The notes under the pieces were generated by a model. It saw only the letters and a list, made by a program, of their open reading frames with translations, did not search any database and had not been told where the DNA came from. From a virus: DNA of 64,000 nt. How positions within the stretch are numbered: the first letter of the stretch is position 1; every line of letters starts with the position of its first letter. The position numbers and the translations under genes are program-made. Below, one piece after another: positions 18,891 to 27,583 of this stretch. The DNA is taken from the IMG/VR virus record IMGVR_UViG_3300012894_000004, positions 9,141-73,140 of that record. One strand, given 5' to 3'.

Positions 18891-20655
18891 ACGAGAGAAG
18901 AATTTGGGTGATGAGCTGAAGCTTGAGGTAGTAGGGCTGGCGGGCGGCGAAGAGGCGCACGTCGGCCTGCTCGCTTTCGAAGCGGGCGATAAGGCGCGCG
19001 AAATCGGCCTTGAGGGCCAGGCGCAGCGGGTCGTAGACGACGAGCAGGTAGGAGCCGCCCTGCGAGAGGGAGGAGTTGAGCATCGTCGTAATCTGGTCGA
19101 CCGAGTACTGCGCCCAGGGCTCCAAATCGGAGAGGATGCGCACACGGTCGAGCTTGGTGGGGTTGTTGCGGTACTGCGTGAAGAGCTGCTTTTCCTGCAA
19201 CTCGCTCAGCAGAAACACCGGGGCCCCGGCCTTGCGCGCCGCCTCGAGCTCCTCGCTGAGCTGCTTGGGCGTTTGCAGGTAAAACTCCTCGCCCCGGTTC
19301 ACCGAGACGCCCCGAAACACGGCGGCCCCGTAGCGCAGCAGCCCGATGGTTTGCAGCACCCACTGCTCGGCGGCCTCGAAATTCTTTTTGATGCGCACCA
19401 GCACATCCTGGCGGCTCTCAAAGCCCGACTGCACGTCGAGCTCGTTGCGGGGCTGGCCGGTGGTGGGCTCGTTGTCGGCCCCCAGGCACGAGAGCAAAAT
19501 ATCGCGGCGGCCCTGGCGCTGGGTATCGAGCGCGTTTTTGAGCGCGTCCACCGGCACGTTCACAAACCCCATGGGGTTGCGCGTGTCGGGCATGTCCTTG
19601 GTGGGGCCGGGCACTTTGACGTGGGTGCCGGGACCCATGTACTTGCTGAGCTTGCAGGCCGGGCACTCGCGGGCCTGGTAGCGCGGCACGGGCTGGCCGT
19701 CTACGTCGGTGTAGCCCACCAGCTCCTGCACGATGCCGCCGCTGCACGCCTCGCCGCCCACCGGGGCATAGCTGCACTGCTCTTCCACGCTCCAAAGTGG
19801 AGGAATGAGCCCATACATCTTAAAATACTCAATGCAGGCGTGCCAGAGCACGTAGGCGTCGAGGTCGGCCAGCACGGGCGTGAGCGGGCTGCGGCGTAGC
19901 AGGCTCGTTTCCTCGAGTAGCGCGTCGCTCCACAGCAGCCGGGCCGGGCAGTAGCCCAGCTGGTGCGGGTGCTCGAGCGTGGGTACCGGCGGCCAGTCGC
20001 TTTGCGACTCAAGTTTCTCAAAAATGCGGTAGGCGGCCGCGTCGTACACGCCCCGGCGCAGCACCGACTTGCCCTCCTCGTTGCGGCGGCTGGGCAGCGT
20101 GAAAAGCAGGTAGGCTAGGCTCGCGTCGGCGTTGAGCTGGTAGTCCACCACGCGGTCGATGCCAAGCAAAAAGACGTAGGGCTCGGGCCGGGGCGTGGTT
20201 TGCTCAGCCGGCATGTCGACCACGAGCACCGAGTGCGGCGCCCGGCGCACCGCCCGAAAGGCTGTCTGGGTCCAGAAGGCTTCCTCTTTCAGGCCCGTGC
20301 GGTACTGCTCAAAATCAGTTTCGAGCTCGGCGCTGGCCATGTCGAGCGTCACGGCCCCGTCCTGGGCCTCAAACACCCGGCTCAGCCCGTCGAAGATTTC
20401 GCCCACCAGCTTGCCCGTGGGCAGCGGCGCCGGCACGAAGGCTTTGAGCTTCTCGAACTTCTCTTGCGGCAGCACGGCCTGCGGCAAGGCCAGTAGCTGC
20501 TGCATGCCGGGGGCCGCTAGCTGGGCGGCGTGGTCGGTGAGCAAATCGGCATGCAGGCGAATGCGCTGCTCCTGGGCCACGCATGCCGCTAAAGCCGCCG
20601 CGTTGCGCGGCGACTTTAGCAGGGCTTGAATGTCGGGGTAGGAGAGCTGGGCCAC
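18859..20655 (-). CDS. Portal protein
   Basis: 598 aa, upstream of scaffold/capsid; internal Cys-rich insert. Confidence 0.75.
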   Translation of the reverse strand: MAQLSYPDIQALLKSPRNAAALAACVAQEQRIRLHADLLTDHAAQLAAPGMQQLLALPQAVLPQEKFEKLKAFVPAPLPTGKLVGEIFDGLSRVFEAQDGAVTLDMASAELETDFEQYRTGLKEEAFWTQTAFRAVRRAPHSVLVVDMPAEQTTPRPEPYVFLLGIDRVVDYQLNADASLAYLLFTLPSRRNEEGKSVLRRGVYDAAAYRIFEKLESQSDWPPVPTLEHPHQLGYCPARLLWSDALLEETSLLRRSPLTPVLADLDAYVLWHACIEYFKMYGLIPPLWSVEEQCSYAPVGGEACSGGIVQELVGYTDVDGQPVPRYQARECPACKLSKYMGPGTHVKVPGPTKDMPDTRNPMGFVNVPVDALKNALDTQRQGRRDILLSCLGADNEPTTGQPRNELDVQSGFESRQDVLVRIKKNFEAAEQWVLQTIGLLRYGAAVFRGVSVNRGEEFYLQTPKQLSEELEAARKAGAPVFLLSELQEKQLFTQYRNNPTKLDRVRILSDLEPWAQYSVDQITTMLNSSLSQGGSYLLVVYDPLRLALKADFARLIARFESEQADVRLFAARQPYYLKLQLITQILLSYVNDHQTQAA

Positions 20656-20670
20656 GAAAGCGAAGCGGGC

Positions 20671-20850
20671 TTATTCAGGTTTATCGGCGGCCGGGGCCTC
20701 GGCCCGCTGCCAGTGGTCGTAGCCTTTGCTCTCCTGCAGGGCCAGCAGGGCCTCGGCGTGGTCGGGCGTGAAGGAGCGGGTGCCCAGGTCGTTGCTGTGC
20801 AGCCAGACCACCTGCTCGGTGGGCTCGGCCGCGGCTAGTTTTTTCGCCAT
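20671..20850 (-). CDS. Small structural-module protein
   Basis: 59 aa, FTPDHAEALL motif. Confidence 0.6.
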   Translation of the reverse strand: MAKKLAAAEPTEQVVWLHSNDLGTRSFTPDHAEALLALQESKGYDHWQRAEAPAADKPE

Positions 20851-20892
20851 CGGAATGGGCTTTAAAAAGTGGAAAAAGCGAGGCGGCAGCAT

Positions 20893-21525
20893 TTAGGCGG
20901 CCAGGGCCAGGCGCGGGTTGAAGTCGGGCTTCACGATTTGCACGTTCTTATCCCAGGTGCCGTCGAGGGTGAGGCCGAAGGCGTTCTCGTTGTTGGCCTT
21001 GAGGCCCTCGCTCTTGAGCGAGCCCACGTAGAAATTCACGAACGGAATGCCGCGAATCTTGCCGGCATCATCCAGGTCGTAAATGAGGCGCCCATCGCCA
21101 GTGATGCCGTAGAAGGTGCTGCCCGGGTTCAGGCCGGGGCGGCTCTCGTCGGAGATGAGTGCCAGCTGCGCCTTCAGGGCCGAGGGGATGCCCACGAACT
21201 TGCCAGCGGGTTTTACCGAGTTGAAGCCCGTGAAATAGCCGTTGCCGTCGATGCTGTTGTTGCTGTTCTCGTCGGCGTACTGGGGCTCGGAGCCGGGGAA
21301 GGTGAAGCCGGCAAACTCGGGGGTGATAATCACCTTGGTGCCGTTAGTGGCGGCTAGTAGCGCCGTCCACGCGGCCAGGGTTTTGAGCTCGGCCTCGCTG
21401 GCGAAGCTGGGCGTCGACTGGCCGCGCTGAATCAGCAGGGCCACGAGCTGGCCGAAATGCACGGCGCAGTCGAACTTGGAAATGGGGGTCAGCGCATCGG
21501 GGCGCTTGCAATTAGTGGCCGGCAT
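20893..21525 (-). CDS. Probable major tail (tube) protein
   Basis: 210 aa; CxxxFGQxxxxxxQR and KVIITP motifs recalled from Bacteroidota siphophage tube proteins. Confidence 0.6.
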   Translation of the reverse strand: MPATNCKRPDALTPISKFDCAVHFGQLVALLIQRGQSTPSFASEAELKTLAAWTALLAATNGTKVIITPEFAGFTFPGSEPQYADENSNNSIDGNGYFTGFNSVKPAGKFVGIPSALKAQLALISDESRPGLNPGSTFYGITGDGRLIYDLDDAGKIRGIPFVNFYVGSLKSEGLKANNENAFGLTLDGTWDKNVQIVKPDFNPRLALAA

Positions 21526-21565
21526 ACAGGCAGGGGGTAGGAGGTGAAAACCGGAAAGGGCGTCC

Positions 21566-21588
21566 CGGCTGCCGTCCCATAGCTGCCG
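21566..21588 (-). promoter_or_regulatory. Leader hairpin with ATGGGAC loop (tail tube)
   Basis: CGGCAGCT-ATGGGAC-GGCAGCCG. Confidence 0.5.
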
Positions 21589-21589
21589 T

Positions 21590-21613
21590 AATACTGCGTA
21601 AAGTAAGCACATT
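21590..21613 (-). promoter_or_regulatory. 24-bp late motif, copy 3
   Basis: AATACTGCGTAAAGTAAGCACATT. Confidence 0.75.
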
Positions 21614-21631
21614 ATTGCGGCATTTGCCAAC

Positions 21632-23197
21632 TTAGTTGGCGCGGCGCATAAACCAGGGCTTCGCGGCGCGGGGTCGCACATCGAACCAGCAGCGCTGGCT
21701 GGCGCAGTCGCCGAAGTCGGGCGAGCGGCCGCTGAGCAGGATTTTCTGCTCCTCCTTGGTGTTAATATGCTTCTTGCCCTCGCTATCGGCCTTGGCGCGC
21801 TTGATGGCCTTGAGGTCGGCCCGAATCAGGTCACGGATATCGACCTCCTTGCCGCCGAGCATCAGCTTGGTGCCCCGCTTCCCGTCGATAGTCCAGTTGT
21901 CGGTCGTGACGGTAAAGGCAGTGAGTGCCGAGTTGACGAGCTCGGCGTAGCGGTAGAAGCACTGCGTCTTCAGGTTCGCGTAGGCTTCCTTAATGCCCGT
22001 GTCGGGGTCGGCGAGCGCCGTAGCCCCACCCGAGAAGCCCGCGTAGCCGCCAAGCTTCACCACGCCGCCGCCCAGGCCGTCCTGGTCGACCAGTGTATCA
22101 CTGGCCGCCACGCGCCAGGCCTTGCGCAGCGCCTCAATGCTGGCGTGCACCAGCTGGTTGTCGCTGATGCGCAGCACGGCGCCCGCCACGCACTCGTAGC
22201 CCACCCACACCATGATGACGCACATATCCCGGCCGAAGCCCGCCGGGTCGCACGTGATGCAGCGCAGTGGGGTTTTTTCGAAGGCCAGGTGATTGCTGAA
22301 CAAGTCCACCAGTAGGCGCATGTGCTCAAAGAGGGCCAGCCCGTCCACTTTCACCCGCCAGTTGCCCTCGAGCAGCTGGGCCCGCGTCTCGGGGTCCTGG
22401 GCCATGAGGTTGCCCAGGTACTCGGGGTTGACCTCGAGCAGCTTCTTGTTCTCGTAGATGCTGCCTGGAATGAAGGTGACGGACTTAGGGCGGGTGTCGG
22501 CTAGCGGGCCCTCAAACAGGTGCGGGGCCTTGGCCATCACCTCCTCGGCCGTATCGCCCCAAACGTACATTTCCCCATCGCGGGTAAGGTAGCGCAGCAC
22601 CCCGGCCCGTTCGGGGATGGGGAAGCCATCAGACCCTATCCACCAATCCACAAACTCAGCCACCCAGCTATCGGGGTCAGGGTTGCAGCTGGCCCGCACG
22701 TAGGGCCGCACGCCGCACGTGCTGCGGTTGCGGGTGAGCATGTACCAGAACTGCTTTTTGGTGAAGTGCGTGAGCTCGTCGAAGATGAGCAGCGGCACCT
22801 GCGAGCCCTGCCAGTCGAGCACGTTGCGCTCGTACTGCAGGTGGCGAAACGAGACGCCGGCGCCACTGGGAAACTTCCAGTCCAGCGAGTTTTCGCGCGG
22901 CACGGCGCCCACCAGCGGGTAGAGCTGCTTGCTGGTATCCCAGAGGCCGCCCTCGTTCATAATCATGGGGTAGGTGCGCCGAAACACCACGGCCCCGAAG
23001 TCGGCGTTGTACTGGTGGCGGCTGGCCTCCATGAGCAGGGCGTAGGTCTTGCCCCCGCCGGCCCCGCCGCCGATGATGGCGATGTCGGCGGGCGTACTGA
23101 GCACGTCCATCTGAAACCCGGGCTGCGGGTAGATACCGGGGGCGCGGTCGGTGGCCACCCGGTTGCGCGGCTTGGCGATACGGGGGCTAGTGGGCAT
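21632..23197 (-). CDS. terL: Terminase large subunit
   Basis: GGGAGGGKT Walker A, LIFDE Walker B, SCNP motif III, CDPAGFGRD and SPDFGD nuclease motifs. Confidence 0.93.
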   Translation of the reverse strand: MPTSPRIAKPRNRVATDRAPGIYPQPGFQMDVLSTPADIAIIGGGAGGGKTYALLMEASRHQYNADFGAVVFRRTYPMIMNEGGLWDTSKQLYPLVGAVPRENSLDWKFPSGAGVSFRHLQYERNVLDWQGSQVPLLIFDELTHFTKKQFWYMLTRNRSTCGVRPYVRASCNPDPDSWVAEFVDWWIGSDGFPIPERAGVLRYLTRDGEMYVWGDTAEEVMAKAPHLFEGPLADTRPKSVTFIPGSIYENKKLLEVNPEYLGNLMAQDPETRAQLLEGNWRVKVDGLALFEHMRLLVDLFSNHLAFEKTPLRCITCDPAGFGRDMCVIMVWVGYECVAGAVLRISDNQLVHASIEALRKAWRVAASDTLVDQDGLGGGVVKLGGYAGFSGGATALADPDTGIKEAYANLKTQCFYRYAELVNSALTAFTVTTDNWTIDGKRGTKLMLGGKEVDIRDLIRADLKAIKRAKADSEGKKHINTKEEQKILLSGRSPDFGDCASQRCWFDVRPRAAKPWFMRRAN

Positions 23198-23369
23198 GCG
23201 AGCTCCGTGATGCGAAATCAGGTGCTTCATGTACCCCGTCAATGCGATGGCAGCCATCACACATGAAGCCCACCATTAACTGCTGGTCCGCATACCAGAC
23301 CTCTACAGTGCCCGTATTCCAGCCGAAGTAGTGCTCTACACGATGCCAGAGCTTTCTGAGCTTTTTCAT
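23187..23369 (-). CDS. Small hypothetical protein (CxxC)
   Basis: 60 aa, overlaps neighbours. Confidence 0.5.
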   Translation of the reverse strand: MKKLRKLWHRVEHYFGWNTGTVEVWYADQQLMVGFMCDGCHRIDGVHEAPDFASRSSHAH

Positions 23370-23372
23370 AGC

Positions 23373-23738
23373 CTAGCGGCGCCACTGGCGATAGGTGGTA
23401 GCATAGCCCCGGTAGGGGGTGCCGATTGTTTTGGGCACGTAGGGCCGGGCAACTGGGCGGGGCCGCTCGCGCAGCACGTTGGCCACCGCCTCCTCGATGC
23501 TGGGCATAGAGTGCATGGGGTAGAAGCTACAGAAGGAGCCATCGCCACAGGGGACTGGCTCGGGGCAGGCCAACTCGTCGGAGCAGCCGGTGGGTAGCTC
23601 AGTGGCCTCGATGACCTGCGCCTCCAGCTGCGCGACGAATACGACATCGAGGCGCTCAGCTAGGCGAGCCGCTGCTGCAGCGAGGGCGGCGCAATCGTCA
23701 GGCGCACCAATTAGTAAAACCTTGGTTTTAACGTCCAT
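23373..23738 (-). CDS. Hypothetical protein
   Basis: 121 aa, overlaps upstream stop. Confidence 0.5.
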   Translation of the reverse strand: MDVKTKVLLIGAPDDCAALAAAAARLAERLDVVFVAQLEAQVIEATELPTGCSDELACPEPVPCGDGSFCSFYPMHSMPSIEEAVANVLRERPRPVARPYVPKTIGTPYRGYATTYRQWRR

Positions 23739-24180
23739 TGTCGGTCTCTGATTGGTGGGCTGCGTCCTCTTTGGCGTAGTAGCTAGGAAAGCCAGTGCTA
23801 GGGTCAGGGTAGCCGCTCGTTTGCACGGGATAAATGGCCTCGTACCAAACCTTTGTGTAAGCGGGGCGCGGGGGCACTTCCTCGGTTTTGCGCCCTACCT
23901 GCGTCAACTCGTACTCCCAGTTGCGCTTGCCCTTGCTGGGCCCATCCTTGGTGCCGTGGGCTCGGATATACAGGTCGTGGTCGAGCAGGTGAAGAATTAC
24001 CTGGTGGTTGCGCAATTCGTCTTTCGTGCGCGGCCCCTCCTCGTAATTCAGTTCCTTGATTTTGCCCAGCCACTCGGGGCGGCGCTCGTCGTGGCGTACA
24101 ATGTCAGCGAAGCGAATTTGCTCAGCTTTGAGACGGTCGATGATTTCTTGGAATGTCATTTTGAAATAGTTAGCGCCCAT
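23728..24180 (-). CDS. Hypothetical protein
   Basis: 150 aa, lower GC. Confidence 0.55.
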   Translation of the reverse strand: MGANYFKMTFQEIIDRLKAEQIRFADIVRHDERRPEWLGKIKELNYEEGPRTKDELRNHQVILHLLDHDLYIRAHGTKDGPSKGKRNWEYELTQVGRKTEEVPPRPAYTKVWYEAIYPVQTSGYPDPSTGFPSYYAKEDAAHQSETDNGR

Positions 24181-24733
24181 TGTCGGGCATGTAAATGTTG
24201 GGGGGTGGGCCAGCCGGCAAATCCTTGCCGTTGGTGGTGTGGTCGACCTTCTGCGGGGCGTAGCGGCCGTGCAGCTGCAGCACCTTGTGCACGGCGTCCT
24301 TGGCGTCGTAGAGCTCCACCTCGGTCTTGACCTCGGTGCGCTCCACGTCGTTAATCAGGGTGGTGACGCGGGTTTGCTTCACCTTCTTAATCAAGTGGAA
24401 ATACTGCTGGGCTTCGGCGTGGGCCAGGTTGATGCTCATGCGCCCGTCCTCGTCGACCTTCAGAAACCGGGCGATAGTGCCGCGGCCCCACTCGGCCATC
24501 TTGGCGATTGCCTCGGCCGCACTCATGCCGTAGACCTCCATGCGCTTAGCAATCGCCGCCTGGATGTGGTCCTCGGCCAGCATGTTGGCGGCCTGTTGGC
24601 GGGCAGATTTGGGCGAAAAACCGGCCTGTTCAGCGGCCTTTGTCCCGTTCCAGTCCACGCAGTAGTGCTCGACGAAAGCTAGTTGCTTCGGCGTCAGCTT
24701 CTTGGGGCGCGGACCGGAACGGGGGGTAAACAT
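24170..24733 (-). CDS. terS: Terminase small subunit
   Basis: LTPKQLAFVEHYCVDWNGTKAAEQAGFS Terminase_2-type N-terminus. Confidence 0.9.
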   Translation of the reverse strand: MFTPRSGPRPKKLTPKQLAFVEHYCVDWNGTKAAEQAGFSPKSARQQAANMLAEDHIQAAIAKRMEVYGMSAAEAIAKMAEWGRGTIARFLKVDEDGRMSINLAHAEAQQYFHLIKKVKQTRVTTLINDVERTEVKTEVELYDAKDAVHKVLQLHGRYAPQKVDHTTNGKDLPAGPPPNIYMPDNGR

Positions 24734-24768
24734 GGGGGAAAGGAAAATGTACAGAATTGTACACCGAA

Positions 24769-24792
24769 AATACTTTGTAAAATAAGCACATT
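24769..24792 (-). promoter_or_regulatory. 24-bp late motif, copy 4
   Basis: AATACTTTGTAAAATAAGCACATT upstream of terS. Confidence 0.75.
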
Positions 24793-25220
24793 TAGCTTGT
24801 GCACGGCGAAATACCGGTCTGGCAGCCTTTGGCCTGGTTGCAGCCGAAGCACAGGCACTGCAGGTTGCCCCGGTTGTTGGTGCCGCCGGCGCCCAGGGGC
24901 GTGATGTGGTCGACAGTGAGCCGCGTTGTCGCCCCGCAGTAGGCGCAGCGGCCCACGGCCAGCACCTCGGCGCAGAGCGCCACCCACCAGGGTGCGTTGG
25001 AGCGGGGGCGCTTGCTCAGGCGCCGGGCCTCGCGCTTGGCCTGCTTGCGGCGCCGGCGCTCGGCGCGGGCCGCCTTGCCGGGCTTGTCCACGCGCGGGCT
25101 GTAGTCCTGGTTGAGCGCCAGGTACTCCTTGCGCGGCATGCGAGGGCGGTACACGTAGAGCACGCGGCCGGGCTGCTCGGCATCCTCGACGAGGCGGGGG
25201 CGGTGGCGCATCTTTTTCAT
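24792..25220 (-). CDS. HNH endonuclease
   Basis: CAYCG...DHITP...GTN...NLQCLCFGCNQAKG. Confidence 0.88.
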   Translation of the reverse strand: MKKMRHRPRLVEDAEQPGRVLYVYRPRMPRKEYLALNQDYSPRVDKPGKAARAERRRRKQAKREARRLSKRPRSNAPWWVALCAEVLAVGRCAYCGATTRLTVDHITPLGAGGTNNRGNLQCLCFGCNQAKGCQTGISPCTS

Positions 25221-25400
25221 GGGACTAGTAGGGCTTGTAGCCGCGCTGTAGTAGAATCTTTTCGATTTCCTGCCACTCGGCTAGGGTCGGTATCACGAGG
25301 CGGGCCACCACGCCGCCGGGGTAGTAGGCCTCGGCACCCAGCTGCTGACGGGCGTGGTAGCGGGGCGGTGGGGTGGGCTTGGGCGGCTCGTCGGCGGGCA

Positions 25401-25589
25401 TCAGGCGGGCTGCTGGACAGGCTGGCGGATATTCCAGGCTTTGGCGGCCAGTTCTTCAGTATCGAAGCCGCGGGTTTCGGGCTTGGTGGGGCAGGCGTCA
25501 TTTTCGCACTCGACGTAGTGGCCGTGGTGGTGCAAGGGCAGCACCTCGGGTACTTGGCCGCAAAAGGGGCAAGGGAGTAGCTCAAGCAT
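25401..25589 (-). CDS. Lar-family restriction alleviation protein
   Basis: LLPCPFCG...C...C...AAKAWN. Confidence 0.75.
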   Translation of the reverse strand: MLELLPCPFCGQVPEVLPLHHHGHYVECENDACPTKPETRGFDTEELAAKAWNIRQPVQQPA

Positions 25590-26277
25590 TGATTGGGGTG
25601 GCCGTAGCCGGTTGAGTGGTGAGTGGGGTAGGGGCGGCGAGGTAGAGCTTGCCGTTTTCCAGGCGCAGCGTCGTGATGAGGCCGCCGCGGATGTAGCGCG
25701 AGACGCAGCCCACGGCCGAGGGCTCGCTGCTGTAGTGGTGGTCGATGCCCTGCACGGCGTCCCGGAGCTTGATGCCGGGCGTGAACTCAGCTTTCTGCTC
25801 CAGCTGGCGCACCGTCCATTTAAAATCAGTCCACTGGCCGCCGCGGTTGGTGCCGGCGGCTACTTCAGTTTTCTGCTGCTCCCAAAGCACCACCGGCAGG
25901 GGCCGGCGGTTGAGGCGGCCGCGGGACTCGATGCGCAGCGTGGTGGCGTCGTGGCGCTCGCTGTAGCGCAGCGAAAGCACGCCGTAGCCGAAGACCTTGC
26001 CGCACTCGGTGGCAAACGCCCACGACCGGGGCCAGCGGCCACCAGCGGGCGCTGGCACGGCCAGGCTGCTGTAGTGGAAGTAGGCGGTGTTGGCCCGGGC
26101 CTGGTCCATCACGGCCAGGCTCATGGCCAGCTTCACTTCGATGGCCCACCGGATGCCGGCGCGCACCGCCACGATATCGGTGCGGCCCGCGCCAGTTTCT
26201 ACTTCCTGGTACACCTCCCAGCCCTGCGCGGTGAGGTGCTGCACGAGGGCGGCGCAGTACTGCTGCTCGGTCTTCAT
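25582..26277 (-). CDS. PD-(D/E)XK nuclease-like protein
   Basis: EV...DIVAV...IEVK...Q motif. Confidence 0.7.
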   Translation of the reverse strand: MKTEQQYCAALVQHLTAQGWEVYQEVETGAGRTDIVAVRAGIRWAIEVKLAMSLAVMDQARANTAYFHYSSLAVPAPAGGRWPRSWAFATECGKVFGYGVLSLRYSERHDATTLRIESRGRLNRRPLPVVLWEQQKTEVAAGTNRGGQWTDFKWTVRQLEQKAEFTPGIKLRDAVQGIDHHYSSEPSAVGCVSRYIRGGLITTLRLENGKLYLAAPTPLTTQPATATPINA

Positions 26278-26711
26278 AGCGCTTGCTCAATGCGCTGGGC
26301 GATGTCGGCCGGCACCTGCCAAATGGATTGCGCGCCCGAGCAGGCCACGGGCTCAGCTAGTACCTGCACCTGGTATAATTCCCACGCCCACCGGCCGGGC
26401 GTGTAGTCGCCGCAGGCCAGTTCCGTGAGGCCCAGGTTGTCGAATGCCTCGGTGCGCATCATATCGCCCACCTGGGCTACGGCCAGCACCCGCCCGCGGG
26501 GCAGTGTGTCGAAGGTGAGGCCGTGACGGACCAGGATGGCCGAGATAATGGGGTCGGCTTCAGCGGCCTCGCGGGCCCACGTGGGCGTGCCCAGCCCAGC
26601 GTGAATGGCCAGCGGCCCACGTAGCGCGGTTTGCCAGCCGCGGGTTTCGTACTGCTTATAGCCCAGCGCGATGAGCGTGGCGTAGGGTTGGATGAGTGTG
26701 ATAGCTTTCAT
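26274..26711 (-). CDS. ASCH domain protein
   Basis: TLIQPYATLIALGYKQYETR...LAIHAG. Confidence 0.88.
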   Translation of the reverse strand: MKAITLIQPYATLIALGYKQYETRGWQTALRGPLAIHAGLGTPTWAREAAEADPIISAILVRHGLTFDTLPRGRVLAVAQVGDMMRTEAFDNLGLTELACGDYTPGRWAWELYQVQVLAEPVACSGAQSIWQVPADIAQRIEQAL

Positions 26712-26734
26712 TGGCGTAGCGTGTAGTTTTGAGC

Positions 26735-26920
26735 ATGTTGGTGTATGTATCCTTTTCAAGAGCGCCGTACCCGCCAGGGACCGGCTGGGTAATACTTATC
26801 CTGCTGCTGCTTATTGGGGTCGCGTGGGGCATCGCGTATATGCGTGGGCATCGCGCAGCGGAAGAAGATGAGGCACGAAAAGAGCGGATTCGCGCAGCCA
26901 GTCGATTAGGCCGTAGATGA
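26735..26920 (+). CDS. Small single-TM moron
   Basis: TAGTTTTG (canonical -7) 3 nt before ATG; one TM then charged tail. Confidence 0.6.
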   Translation: MLVYVSFSRAPYPPGTGWVILILLLLIGVAWGIAYMRGHRAAEEDEARKERIRAASRLGRR

Positions 26921-27163
26921 GGAGTCGCCGGTGCACGCCGGCCGCTCGGTGAGCACTGGCCCACCAGGCAGCTGAAAAACGGTGGTGTAATCGCGGCGCA
27001 GCGTCTTTTTGCAGCCGCACTTCTCGCAGGTGGTACTCTGCCCACCTAGCAGCTTTTTGAGGAGCCAGCGGTGGCGCTCAGGGCCGGGCACGACGTGCGG
27101 GGTTTTGGCCAGGCTCAGGTGAGCCCGCACGGGGCCATCGGGGGTGTCGAAGGTTGTGAACAT
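26906..27163 (-). CDS. Small CxxC hypothetical protein
   Basis: MFTTFDTP..., CEKCGC. Confidence 0.5.
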   Translation of the reverse strand: MFTTFDTPDGPVRAHLSLAKTPHVVPGPERHRWLLKKLLGGQSTTCEKCGCKKTLRRDYTTVFQLPGGPVLTERPACTGDSSSTA

Positions 27164-27381
27164 TAGAAAAGATGGGTAATGGCCCACTCCAGCAGTGCCC
27201 ACACGAAGAGCATACCGAGCAGCGAGCCAGGTTTTTGAAGCACTGCACGCCACTGGCCGGCGTAGCGGGCTACCCGCAGGCCCCCGACCCACGCGCAGTA
27301 GGCCAGCAGCAGCAGGGGCTTAAGCAGCGGCAGCAGGGAGTGTAATAGCCACATCAGGGGTGCCAGTAATGGGGAGTTCAC
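27163..27381 (-). CDS. Small membrane protein
   Basis: Two hydrophobic segments. Confidence 0.4.
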   Translation of the reverse strand: MNSPLLAPLMWLLHSLLPLLKPLLLLAYCAWVGGLRVARYAGQWRAVLQKPGSLLGMLFVWALLEWAITHLF

Positions 27382-27583
27382 GCGCGCGCAGTACCGCGCC
27401 CACGAGGTGGGTTTTGTAGGTTTCGGCGTCGGCCAGGGCGATGGCCACGGCCCGCTCGGCGGTTTCGCGCAGCACGAAGCGCGTGGCGGGCTCGTCGAAG
27501 CTCAGCGGGCAGTAGCCCTGCGCCTGGTGCTCGGCGGCCTGCTCGGTGAGGGCCTGGGCGAGGTAGTCGGGGGCTGGCTTCAT
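27320..27583 (-). CDS. Hypothetical protein
   Basis: 87 aa, ATGA-coupled. Confidence 0.5.
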   Translation of the reverse strand: MKPAPDYLAQALTEQAAEHQAQGYCPLSFDEPATRFVLRETAERAVAIALADAETYKTHLVGAVLRARELPITGTPDVAITLPAAAA

